A stretch of DNA of 64,000 nucleotides from Nitrospira sp. (GTDB lineage Bacteria; Nitrospirota; Nitrospiria; Nitrospirales; Nitrospiraceae), in contig AP038806.1 in the NCBI GenBank assembly GCA_047150005.1, positions 320,001 through 384,000 on the forward strand, written 5' to 3'. Below the pieces are notes generated by a model. The model saw only the letters and a list, made by a program, of their open reading frames with translations, was not told the DNA's origin and did not search any database. Positions 30,995 to 40,256 of the stretch are shown here, in pieces. Numbering within the stretch: position 1 is the stretch's first letter; each line of letters opens with the position of its first letter. A program made the position numbers and the translations under genes.

Positions 30995-32494
30995 TCAAGG
31001 TTCTAAATTGATAAGCACGGTATCGCCTGATTTGGCGACTAGCCGACCTCTCTCAAGAAGGAACCGTTCAAACTCTTCTGATAGCTTGTATCCCCATAAG
31101 AAATCGTATTTCAAAAAAATGTTTTGCCAGTTTATCTGTTCAATTGGAGTAGTGCGCTCAACTTGCATATATCCGGTTTCTGTCGATCGAAGGTATATGG
31201 GATGCACATCTTTCCAGGCGTATATGGTCGGAACGAAGGAATTCCGATAGATGGTCGCATAATGCGCCGTAAAGAAAAAGTGCATGTCCCAAAGCCACTC
31301 TCCAGTTGGTGATGGGTCATGGACTATCATGGGATAGAGTCGGGCGCCATCCGGCAAATGGCTCATAATCTGCACCTGCTTCCGCACTTCTTGCCCAATA
31401 CGATTCCAATGGTACCAAACCTCTCCGGTTCGTAGAACACATAAGCTCAACAACCCTATCAAGACATAGCTCCCTGCTGTTTTAGAGACGTCGATACGAA
31501 CTGCGAGGAGGAGGAACACGGCTGCTGGCAGGAGAAATCGACGATCTATATAACTCGATTGAATCCCCCCATTCATGGGTGCTATGAGATAAAGAATCAA
31601 AAAAGCCCCTCCCACCATGAGGAGCTCCCAGCTGACAATTGAGGCCGCTTTCCTTCGCATACCAATGAACACCAACAACATGAAGGCGGTCCCCAAGCAA
31701 AGGTCGAAGATGAGGTTATAGCTTAGGAATGGGTATAGCAATCCCGTGAGCTTCTTTATGATTAAGGGGTGCCACCATCCCATCGGCAGCCTATAGTCAA
31801 TTCCCAAACTGTAATAGATATAGGCCACAGTGGGAGCAAGTAACGGTAGGAGACCTAAACCGTGCGCTATTCGGAACACTCGCGCCTTGATCGACTGCAA
31901 TCCTGTCAAACACAGGAGAGAGATCGCTAAGAATACAAAGGCTGAAAGGTGGGATATGTAACAGCCCATCGCAAGAGCGGAAATCACTACCAGGTTGAAA
32001 GGTGTCCAGCGGTACTCGAATCGAATCCATGCTGCTACTGTGATAAAGAACAACCCCACGCCAAACATGTAGTTTACAAATCCGTAAGACATAGTGAAGT
32101 TATATGTAAAGAAAGTAGCCGCCAACGCGCTCCAGTTCGAATGAGCCTGAACGGCACTGCCTAGCAAGTGGATTCCAATGCCAAACGTCAGAATAATGAG
32201 TGACAGGAAAACCTTACTCGATGTCTCTAAACTCATGCCGAACATCAGATTTGGCACAATGAGATCCATGGCCAGGTTGGGAAGAATGCGGCCATCACGC
32301 TCATATGTAGCTTGGTACGACGCGCTCTCGTTATACGCATGAAGTATGAAGCTCCGCGCCAAATGATTGGGGTAATCATGCATGGCGGGATATGGAGTCA
32401 GCCAAATGGGGCAAAGCTGAAGGAAAATGAGAATTGCAAACGCGAGGAAATACGTTCGGTTTTCTTTCATGTTGATGGAATCAATCATTTGCAA
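30995..32494 (-). CDS. Polytopic membrane protein, possible GT-C-type glycan transferase
   Basis: Many TM segments; P.MHDYPNHLAR loop after the first TM; YGFVNY; soluble C-terminal domain. Confidence 0.7.
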   Translation of the reverse strand: MQMIDSINMKENRTYFLAFAILIFLQLCPIWLTPYPAMHDYPNHLARSFILHAYNESASYQATYERDGRILPNLAMDLIVPNLMFGMSLETSSKVFLSLIILTFGIGIHLLGSAVQAHSNWSALAATFFTYNFTMSYGFVNYMFGVGLFFITVAAWIRFEYRWTPFNLVVISALAMGCYISHLSAFVFLAISLLCLTGLQSIKARVFRIAHGLGLLPLLAPTVAYIYYSLGIDYRLPMGWWHPLIIKKLTGLLYPFLSYNLIFDLCLGTAFMLLVFIGMRRKAASIVSWELLMVGGAFLILYLIAPMNGGIQSSYIDRRFLLPAAVFLLLAVRIDVSKTAGSYVLIGLLSLCVLRTGEVWYHWNRIGQEVRKQVQIMSHLPDGARLYPMIVHDPSPTGEWLWDMHFFFTAHYATIYRNSFVPTIYAWKDVHPIYLRSTETGYMQVERTTPIEQINWQNIFLKYDFLWGYKLSEEFERFLLERGRLVAKSGDTVLINLEP

Positions 32495-32585
32495 TCAAAA
32501 GGGAGGGCGGAAAATCCAGTCGGCCGATCAATAGGACAGAAGTTTCCAGCCAACACGCCACATTCTTTATTCTCTCATCAGTTTT

Positions 32586-33911
32586 TCAAGGTTCAGCTTG
32601 CCCTATTCTGACTCTGACAGCGCCTGCAAGGTGATCGAGCAGATGGACCAATCCGACAGCACCAAACATCATCACGAGAGGAATTATAGGGAGTGTGTAG
32701 CGGAACAAAGGGAAGGTAAGCCAATGTAAAATGACGAAATAGCCGATAAGAAGGAGGGGCAGGATCGACCACCTCACACGATGGGTCCAAGCAACCCCAG
32801 CTCCGAGAATCGCCAAGCAATACAATGGAATATTTGCGCCCAGAACAATCCTGTGATTGGCCCCCGACTCTGTCGCGAACCAGACTCGGCTCAGTTTCTT
32901 AAGCATAAAAATACCGAAACCAACCGGATCTTTCGCGAGCATATCCTTGTGGGTCTGGATTGCGATCCTGAACAAATACTTGTCCTTCTCCTTGAAGCTG
33001 CTCCCGCTTGGAGGAGCAGGGAGACCTCTCTCCGCCATTCTTGAATACAGCCTTGGCAGCTCAGGGACTCTTTCGTCTATCGTCCACAGCTTCTCGGAAG
33101 ACCCCCAGAGGAAGACGCCTGCGGCTCTGGCGACCGGAATGAAGTCATCCAATACCACCATATTTCGGATTCCCCAAGGCAGGATTACAAGCGTGAATCC
33201 CGCAATGAGAACCGCACAGTCAAGCAACCACCGTTTGGCAGCCGGCCGTCCGATGAACCACAACAATGGAAATACCAAAGGCAGAAACTGCGTCGTACCT
33301 CTCGTGAGGGTCGCGAGGCCGAGCAGGATACCGGTCCAAGCAAACGCGGCCCATTTCTGACTCTGCATCGCGCGAATCGCCGACAGGATGAATGCGGACA
33401 AGAGGAAGGTAAACAAGGTTTCCGTTCCGACATAGAGGGTGGCATAAATTGCGAATGGATAGACTCCCCACATGGCGCTTGCAAGAATTCCTGCCTTCCA
33501 ACCGAAGATTACTTGAGCGATTCGATAAAGGAGGAACACCGTGCAGGTATCGAGAACAATCTGCAGGATAATGACAGGAACTTGATCGGAACCGAGGATT
33601 AGCAGAAACCCGGCGATTACGACCGCATAAATGGGAGGCGTGAACACAGGATACTCCGGATCCGCAAAACCCTTTCCATTCACAAGTTTGTCAGCCCCCC
33701 CTAGGTAGGCAAGGCTGGCATTCGTTGAAAGGTCAGGAGGAGGAACGACAATCCACGAGACGATTCTGACCGCAAACGAGACGACCAGAATGATTGCCAG
33801 GAGCTTATGAATCTTTATTCCGTCGATTGTCTGTCTCACAGCATACCCATAAGGTCCGACCTGATTGTTAGACGAGCGGTACAGTGTGTCGCGCGTTGAG
33901 AGATTCGACAA
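32586..33911 (-). CDS. ArnT/PMT-like (GT-C) membrane glycosyltransferase
   Basis: PPIY, TETLFTFL, GILLGLATLTR, ILPWGIRN, RYTLP. Confidence 0.85.
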   Translation of the reverse strand: MSNLSTRDTLYRSSNNQVGPYGYAVRQTIDGIKIHKLLAIILVVSFAVRIVSWIVVPPPDLSTNASLAYLGGADKLVNGKGFADPEYPVFTPPIYAVVIAGFLLILGSDQVPVIILQIVLDTCTVFLLYRIAQVIFGWKAGILASAMWGVYPFAIYATLYVGTETLFTFLLSAFILSAIRAMQSQKWAAFAWTGILLGLATLTRGTTQFLPLVFPLLWFIGRPAAKRWLLDCAVLIAGFTLVILPWGIRNMVVLDDFIPVARAAGVFLWGSSEKLWTIDERVPELPRLYSRMAERGLPAPPSGSSFKEKDKYLFRIAIQTHKDMLAKDPVGFGIFMLKKLSRVWFATESGANHRIVLGANIPLYCLAILGAGVAWTHRVRWSILPLLLIGYFVILHWLTFPLFRYTLPIIPLVMMFGAVGLVHLLDHLAGAVRVRIGQAEP

Positions 33912-33920
33912 GGGGTGATG

Positions 33921-35822
33921 TTATGTAGACTTCATGTACATCTGTCGCCAGGCCATAAGAACGAGCAGGGTCCAGATCCTGGTTTCATGGTTGCGCATGG
34001 ATCGTTCGTGTTCATCGATCAGCTTGTCGACAGCCCTTGCATTGAAGAATCCGCATTCTCTTACATTGGCCGGATCCAAGTAATTCCGGACCAGATCTCG
34101 CAATGGCCCACGCAGCCATTGACCGAGGGGAATTGAGAACCCTTGTTTCCGTCGGTTGAGAATTGAATTCGGGAGGAGACCTGTCAGCGATTTGATCAGA
34201 ATATGTTTTTTCTCCCAGCCTTTCAATTTGTATTTCGACGGAATCGCGGCCGCAAACTCAACCACTTTGTGATCGAGAAAAGGAACCCGCACTTCGAGCG
34301 AATGCCACATGCTCAAGCGGTCCGTCTTGCGCAGTTCGTCGTCGGGAAGGTACGTCTCCATATCCGCCAGCAACATCCAATCAAGCAGATCTCCACAGGC
34401 TGTGGTTCGTTCCATCGCATTCGGGGTGGAGTAATTATCCGAGGCCTTGAGCGATTCCAATACTTCCTGGCTGAGCAACCCTGTTTTCTCTCGTTCATCG
34501 AAGGCAGAGAGATAGCGCTGATACCGCTGGGGCAATGGAAGATCGGCCGCTTCGGCGAACCGCTTGACACGATCAACCCATGGACCGGCGGCTGAGATTT
34601 CCGGCAGTCGATGAATCAGCCTGTCAAGAACCGCCCGACGCAGCGCCTTGGGTATTCTTCGATACTGTTCCGCAGCCAATGCGCCACGATAGCGTTCGTA
34701 TCCGGCAAAAAGCTCATCGCCGCCGGTCCCGGACAGAGCAACGGTGACATACTTCCTGGCGGCCATTGAGATCATGTAATTCGGGATCACCGAAGAGTCT
34801 GCGAACGGCTCGTCGAATGACTGAATGATCGCGGGAAGCATTTCCTCGATCTGGGTTTGAGGATCTTCATAGAGGTATTCGGAGTGATCCGTTGCGTACC
34901 GGTCTGCCACCGCTCGTGCAAATGGCCTCTCATCCTTGCCGGCCTGTCCATCCTCGAAACCGATCGTGAAAGTCTTTACTTTTCCCTGCCCTGCTCTCGC
35001 CATCAGAGCGACGATGGCGCTGGAGTCGATACCTCCGCTCAAGAAGGCCCCAAGCGGAACTTCACTCACGAGGTGTAGCCGTACCGCTTCTTCGAGATGA
35101 TGAAGGAGACCTTCTGCATAATACTCGATCGGCTTCTCACTCTCGCTGCCGGGCTTTAGCTGCCAGTACCGGCGAAGATGGAACGTCCCGCTATTCCAGA
35201 TACCGACATGGCCGGGGGGAATTTCATGAATGTCTTGGTAGATGGTATGTGGGCCAGGTACATACTTAAGCGTGAGGTAATCAGAGAGCGCGCGGAGATT
35301 GATCTGTCGCTGAAAGTTCTCGATGGCAAGAAGACACTTCAGTTCACTACCAAAGTGAAGAGCCTCTTTCTGTTTCGAGTAGTATAATGGCTTGATCCCA
35401 AGTCGGTCTCGGCCAAGAAGAAGCTTCTTGTGGCGATCATCCCAAATCGCGAAAGCGAACATGCCCCGTAGGTGATCAAGAAAGCCTTCCCCGTATTCCT
35501 CGTAGAGATGGACCAGACATTCCGTATCGGAAGACGTGGCTAAGCGATGCCCTTGTTTCTCAAGCTGTTCTCTGAGCTCCCGATAGTTGTAGATCTCCCC
35601 GTTGAAAACCACCCATACCGTCCGATCCTCATTGTGGATCGGCTGCTTTCCGGAATGCACATCGATAATTGCCAGCCTTCGCATGCCCAGGCCCACGCGG
35701 TCGCCGAAATAGAATCCATCGTCATCAGGACCTCGCCTGGTAATGAGGGCGCACATCCGCCTCACCAGCGGTTGGTCGTCAAATCCCGGCTCTGCATGAG
35801 CCACTCCAACAATGCCACACAT
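33921..35822 (-). CDS. asnB: Asparagine synthase (glutamine-hydrolysing)-family amidotransferase
   Basis: MCGIVG with Cys2; RGPDD; FNGEIYN; LSGGIDSS; LSGTGGDELFAGY; EVRVPFLDH. Confidence 0.93.
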   Translation of the reverse strand: MCGIVGVAHAEPGFDDQPLVRRMCALITRRGPDDDGFYFGDRVGLGMRRLAIIDVHSGKQPIHNEDRTVWVVFNGEIYNYRELREQLEKQGHRLATSSDTECLVHLYEEYGEGFLDHLRGMFAFAIWDDRHKKLLLGRDRLGIKPLYYSKQKEALHFGSELKCLLAIENFQRQINLRALSDYLTLKYVPGPHTIYQDIHEIPPGHVGIWNSGTFHLRRYWQLKPGSESEKPIEYYAEGLLHHLEEAVRLHLVSEVPLGAFLSGGIDSSAIVALMARAGQGKVKTFTIGFEDGQAGKDERPFARAVADRYATDHSEYLYEDPQTQIEEMLPAIIQSFDEPFADSSVIPNYMISMAARKYVTVALSGTGGDELFAGYERYRGALAAEQYRRIPKALRRAVLDRLIHRLPEISAAGPWVDRVKRFAEAADLPLPQRYQRYLSAFDEREKTGLLSQEVLESLKASDNYSTPNAMERTTACGDLLDWMLLADMETYLPDDELRKTDRLSMWHSLEVRVPFLDHKVVEFAAAIPSKYKLKGWEKKHILIKSLTGLLPNSILNRRKQGFSIPLGQWLRGPLRDLVRNYLDPANVRECGFFNARAVDKLIDEHERSMRNHETRIWTLLVLMAWRQMYMKST

Positions 35823-35833
35823 TGAGCTATACC

Positions 35834-37051
35834 TCAGCGATTCAGATTCTGTGACGACGTCGACACACGGGACATTCGCCCCCATTGCCGCCGACCATAC
35901 CCAAGTAATCCCATCAACTCGATGACAAGACGCCATGGCAAGAACAGGGGAACAAGTAGCAATCCGACCAATGCTCGTATCGGAGCATCCGTAGAAATCA
36001 CTCCCATAAGAAAATATCCGGCAATCGCAGTAAACACCCCCATGGTCCAATACAGCATAAAGTTCCAAGCCTGACTATCGGAAATGATCCAACCACCGGC
36101 GAGACAGAGAATCGCCAGAGATGCTTGGCTGGAATAGTTCGGCGCGACAAGTGTCGCAGCCGAATCAATCAAAGAAAAGGACCTTGTCAGTATCCCCTTT
36201 CTGATCATCGCCAACACTTTTTCACCCATCACGGCATAGCGACCGCTGGCCCATCTCAGGCGTTGCTGGGAAGCCTGTTTGAGACTATGCGACTCCTTCG
36301 CGAATGTCTTTGCGGATGGATTAAAATAGATGTGCGCTCCGCTTAGCAGAAGCTCTACCGAGAATTCCCAATCTTCACCGACCGAGAAAGCAGTCCATCC
36401 ATGGCGATCTAATACCCCCGTGCCGAGGCACATCCCGGTTCCCGTCAGCATCCCGGGAAGACCCAGCACCGTTTTACCCGCATAGTATCGGCCGTTCCGC
36501 AACACACCGGTCACGGCTATAATTCTTGTAAAGGGGCTCGCCCACGGATTGGAAATGTAATTATAGCCTTGTTGGACATGGTAACCGGCCTGAAATTGCA
36601 CATTGACCGCGGAAAGCAGCTCACGATCGACAACCGTGTCCGCATCGACTATCACAATGGCGTCGAATGCCATCTGTGTGCTTCTCGCCTGCTGAATGCC
36701 CCAGGCCAAGGCAGCTCCCTTCCCCGGTTGTCCTTCACATCGCTCAAAACATTCCGCCGTCATGTTCCTGGCGACGGCTGCCGTTCCGTCATGGCACCGA
36801 TCCGCAATCACGAGGACCCTGTACTTATCGCGAGGATAGTCGAGACGCTGCAGACTCTCCAAGGTGCTTGCTATCCCCGCCTCTTCGTCATGTGCTGGGA
36901 TCATGACAAGGAACCGGGCCTGCTCTGTACTGGCCGGAGTCACGGGAGCCCGATAGAAGCACGAGCACAATGCCAGAATCCACTGATACGCGACCAACAA
37001 CGTGAGCGGGATTAGAATCAGAAAGAGGGGTACTCCAATGAGCGTATTCAT
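35834..37051 (-). CDS. Glycosyltransferase family 2, membrane-bound
   Basis: IPAHDEE, ADRCHD, VDADT, VGED, QQRLRW (QxxRW); C-terminal TM helices. Confidence 0.92.
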   Translation of the reverse strand: MNTLIGVPLFLILIPLTLLVAYQWILALCSCFYRAPVTPASTEQARFLVMIPAHDEEAGIASTLESLQRLDYPRDKYRVLVIADRCHDGTAAVARNMTAECFERCEGQPGKGAALAWGIQQARSTQMAFDAIVIVDADTVVDRELLSAVNVQFQAGYHVQQGYNYISNPWASPFTRIIAVTGVLRNGRYYAGKTVLGLPGMLTGTGMCLGTGVLDRHGWTAFSVGEDWEFSVELLLSGAHIYFNPSAKTFAKESHSLKQASQQRLRWASGRYAVMGEKVLAMIRKGILTRSFSLIDSAATLVAPNYSSQASLAILCLAGGWIISDSQAWNFMLYWTMGVFTAIAGYFLMGVISTDAPIRALVGLLLVPLFLPWRLVIELMGLLGYGRRQWGRMSRVSTSSQNLNR

Positions 37052-37066
37052 AAGATCGCGCAGGGG

Positions 37067-39088
37067 TTACGTACCGAGGAATTTGTGCGCGGGATTATCG
37101 ACGTCCTTTGCCAACAGAGCAACCGCTGAAGTGTCATACGGCAACACGCGGAAGACCTTGGCCACGTTGATCGGGGGCTTGCATGGACGAAGCATCTTTT
37201 GCAGCAGCGTGGCACACCAGGAAAGCGGCACCAACAGGACAGTCGGGAGCCAGAGGACTGTGAGATCGGGATTATTCTTTCGCAGATGATCCAGAAGTTC
37301 GCGCTTGGTCGGCAGCACCGGATCAAGCAGATTCAAAGGACTCGGTACGCTGTCCCAAGTATCTGTCATCCAGGCTAGGAACCGACCGGCAAACCTCACG
37401 TCGACAACTCCAAGCCTATCATATGATGAGCCGACAGCCACAAAGAAATTCCCCAGCCTTTTCCCGAGACGGCCGGGAGGATCGAATTCACCGTAGTCCA
37501 CCAACGCCCCCGGACGTATGACTTTGACCGACAGACCGAGTTCGACTCCCAAATCGACCGCGCGCCGTTCCGACTCCAACTTCCCCCACACATAGGGTCC
37601 CGATCCTTTGCTATTGGACTCCAACGGATGGTGGTTCCCGATTGGTCTCCCCTTCGCTTGAGCCAGCACGGCGAGACTGCTCACATGGATGAAATGCGTG
37701 ATGCCGGAGGCCGCCGCCCCCCTGACCATGTGAATCGTGGCATCGAGCGAGTTACGTTGATGCTCGTCCCATCCGCCCGCGGTCTCGGCTGCCGCATGGA
37801 TGACTGTATCGATGCCTTTGAATAGAGATGCATCAGCCCCAGCGGCAATATCTCTCGTGACATATTCCACCCCGGCGATGCGCTCCCATGGGGACGGCTC
37901 GCGACGAGCCACGACGCGCACGCCACGACCGCGTGAGATCAGTGCTCGGACAATTTCTTTCCCCAGCAGACCTGTTCCCCCCGTGACGAGCACGCCTCGA
38001 TAATCCACCGATCCCGGCGCCGCGGCTGCCAGAGCCTTGGCCTCAGCGGCCTTCAGAACATCGGCAACCTGTTGGCAAATCCCCACGGTATCCAGCAGGC
38101 TTTCGGGAGAAAGCGGAGGAGAGCTATTCGTGCGGATAGAATTGTAAAAAGCCGAGAAGAGTTCCATTAGACCGGGGTAATTGCGCTGGCTGTTGAGAAC
38201 GCGGCGCGCCATTGCTGATGTCGTGCTCGACAGCAGCTGCCACGCCTGCCGATAAGGGGCCAATAATTTGTCGATGCCGGATGAACCAGGTCCAATGTGC
38301 CGCTGAGTCGTGCTTCGAACATAATCGGCGAAAAGTGCTCCGTTCTTCCCGACCACCCGCAGATAACTTTCCACAGGACGCCCCTCGAGCGTCACGACCA
38401 ACGTTCCGGTAACGCCTCCACGGCGCAGGAGCGCATGGACTGTTCCTGCATTGTTGAACTCCAGCGATACAAGCTCGGTGCGCCCTTCCGCTGCTTGTTC
38501 TAGAATATGCAACAGTAGGTAGACCGGATGGGGAATAATATCAAGCATTTGATGATCGGCCCGGAGCACCCTTCGTCCACCAGGTGCATGTCGGGTGGTG
38601 CGGAAGGAGAAATAACTCTCTACATGAACCACAGAGCCGATCGACGTCAGGTATTGCTTCAGCACCCTGGTTGGCGACTCGTAAAGCAACTGGTGACCGG
38701 CACAGACCAGCAGATTCCTGTCGCGAGCTTCCTTCAGGATACGCTCCGCGTCTTCCACTCGCTCGGTAAAGGGCTTTTCAACGTAGATATGGCATCCGGC
38801 TTTCAATGCCGCTGATGCCAACAAGGCATGGGAAGCCGGGGGCGTACAGATGTGGATGACATCGGGCCTTTCGGCGGTAAGAAGGTCTTCAGGACTGCTG
38901 TAATGTTTAGCCCTGGGCGCGACCTTCTTCATGGCCACCTGAGCCGCATCGGAGGGATCCGCCACAGCAACAAGATCCGCGCCGGAGCATCTGAGAATCG
39001 CACGAGCATGGTGCTGAGCGTGCCGGCCAGCACCGATGAGCGCGATCCTTAACGAACGGGTAGATGACTGTTCGTCGCCGATGTTCAT
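37067..39088 (-). CDS. Fusion of a Gfo/Idh/MocA oxidoreductase and an NAD-dependent epimerase/dehydratase
   Basis: N-half IGAGRHA and HIYVEKP; C-half VLVTGGTGLLG, HVSSLAV, YVWGK (YxxxK). Confidence 0.88.
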   Translation of the reverse strand: MNIGDEQSSTRSLRIALIGAGRHAQHHARAILRCSGADLVAVADPSDAAQVAMKKVAPRAKHYSSPEDLLTAERPDVIHICTPPASHALLASAALKAGCHIYVEKPFTERVEDAERILKEARDRNLLVCAGHQLLYESPTRVLKQYLTSIGSVVHVESYFSFRTTRHAPGGRRVLRADHQMLDIIPHPVYLLLHILEQAAEGRTELVSLEFNNAGTVHALLRRGGVTGTLVVTLEGRPVESYLRVVGKNGALFADYVRSTTQRHIGPGSSGIDKLLAPYRQAWQLLSSTTSAMARRVLNSQRNYPGLMELFSAFYNSIRTNSSPPLSPESLLDTVGICQQVADVLKAAEAKALAAAAPGSVDYRGVLVTGGTGLLGKEIVRALISRGRGVRVVARREPSPWERIAGVEYVTRDIAAGADASLFKGIDTVIHAAAETAGGWDEHQRNSLDATIHMVRGAAASGITHFIHVSSLAVLAQAKGRPIGNHHPLESNSKGSGPYVWGKLESERRAVDLGVELGLSVKVIRPGALVDYGEFDPPGRLGKRLGNFFVAVGSSYDRLGVVDVRFAGRFLAWMTDTWDSVPSPLNLLDPVLPTKRELLDHLRKNNPDLTVLWLPTVLLVPLSWCATLLQKMLRPCKPPINVAKVFRVLPYDTSAVALLAKDVDNPAHKFLGT

Positions 39089-40242
39089 TCGTCGCTCTCC
39101 GCTGCGACAAGTTCTCTATAGAGCAGTGAAACCTGATGAGCCATATCCTCTGCTGAGAACTCACGCTCAACCCGCTTTCTTGCAGACTCGCCCATCGTCT
39201 TGACTAATTCCGGGGACCTGATCAGCTGCACGCATTTTGTCGCAAGAGCATCCACGTCCTTCGGCTCGACCAGAAAACCCTCGACTCCATCCTCAATGAC
39301 TTCCGGAACTCCTCCGACGCGGCTGGCCACGATGGCGCGAGAGGCCGACATCGCTTCGAGAAGCGCCATAGGAATCCCTTCGCTCAGTGATGGAAGCATA
39401 AAAACATCCAGTGCCGACATCAATTGCTGACAGTCCTCCCGATGTCCGAGAAAAACTACGCTCCGAGAAATTCCCAATGCCCGGGCTTCCTCTTTAAGCT
39501 CCTTGCGAATATTGCCGTCTCCCACGATGAGCACTTTGCAATTCGGCTCCGAGCGCAAGAACAGTTTCGCTGCTCGCAAGAGATACTCCAATCCTTTTAC
39601 AGGCGTCAGCCGGCCGACCGCCCCGATCAGCCAAGTTCCATTGTCTATGCCGAGGTCGGCTCGCATAAGCCGCCGCTCCTCCTGCGTTGGCACAGCCCTG
39701 AGGTCTATTCCATTTCGAATGCATACGACCCTTTCAACATCTTTCTGCTTCTTGAGGTGTCCTTGAATTGTTTCCGAGACGGGAATGAGGACATCGACGC
39801 AACGGCGATGGACACTCCGCTCAAGGGATTCATAGAGATACATCTTTAAGGCATTGAAACCGACAAACGGTTCGGTGAGGCCGTGCACCGTTCGCATGAC
39901 AGTGCGAACACCGGCCAGCTTCGCGGCAGGGGCTGCGAGAATCGTGTCTTTGTATTTGTGCGTATGCAGGAGCTGGGTATTCGATCGCCTGAATTCACGG
40001 ACCAGTTCGCGAAAGATTCTCGGCGATCCCCACAGATGCTCCGGAAACACCTTCGTAGGGATACCGAGACCGCTGATTTCCTTTTCCAGCCTTCCTTCAT
40101 TGAAAAGGATCACGGCAAGGCTCAGATCCGGTTTGTGCAGCAGCTTGGATAGTAGGACCTTGAGCTGCACCTCTGCCCCGGCCCATAAATCCGCGACCGC
40201 CACATGGCAGACTCTGATAACGCCGTTTTCGTTACGAACCAT
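39085..40242 (-). CDS. Glycosyltransferase family 4
   Basis: WAGAE, VGRLTPVKG, PSLSEGIPMALLEAM. Start placed at ATG 40242 after the MBOAT stop. Confidence 0.92.
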   Translation of the reverse strand: MVRNENGVIRVCHVAVADLWAGAEVQLKVLLSKLLHKPDLSLAVILFNEGRLEKEISGLGIPTKVFPEHLWGSPRIFRELVREFRRSNTQLLHTHKYKDTILAAPAAKLAGVRTVMRTVHGLTEPFVGFNALKMYLYESLERSVHRRCVDVLIPVSETIQGHLKKQKDVERVVCIRNGIDLRAVPTQEERRLMRADLGIDNGTWLIGAVGRLTPVKGLEYLLRAAKLFLRSEPNCKVLIVGDGNIRKELKEEARALGISRSVVFLGHREDCQQLMSALDVFMLPSLSEGIPMALLEAMSASRAIVASRVGGVPEVIEDGVEGFLVEPKDVDALATKCVQLIRSPELVKTMGESARKRVEREFSAEDMAHQVSLLYRELVAAESDE

Positions 40243-40256
40243 CCTGTTTCTATCGT

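Noticed and set aside
33921..36068. N-terminal extensions given by the ORF track (asnB, gspE, sppA, GT4 at 39085, methyltransferase at 45348)
   Set aside because: They overlap upstream genes. Family starts such as MCGI for AsnB and operon spacing support the shorter calls.
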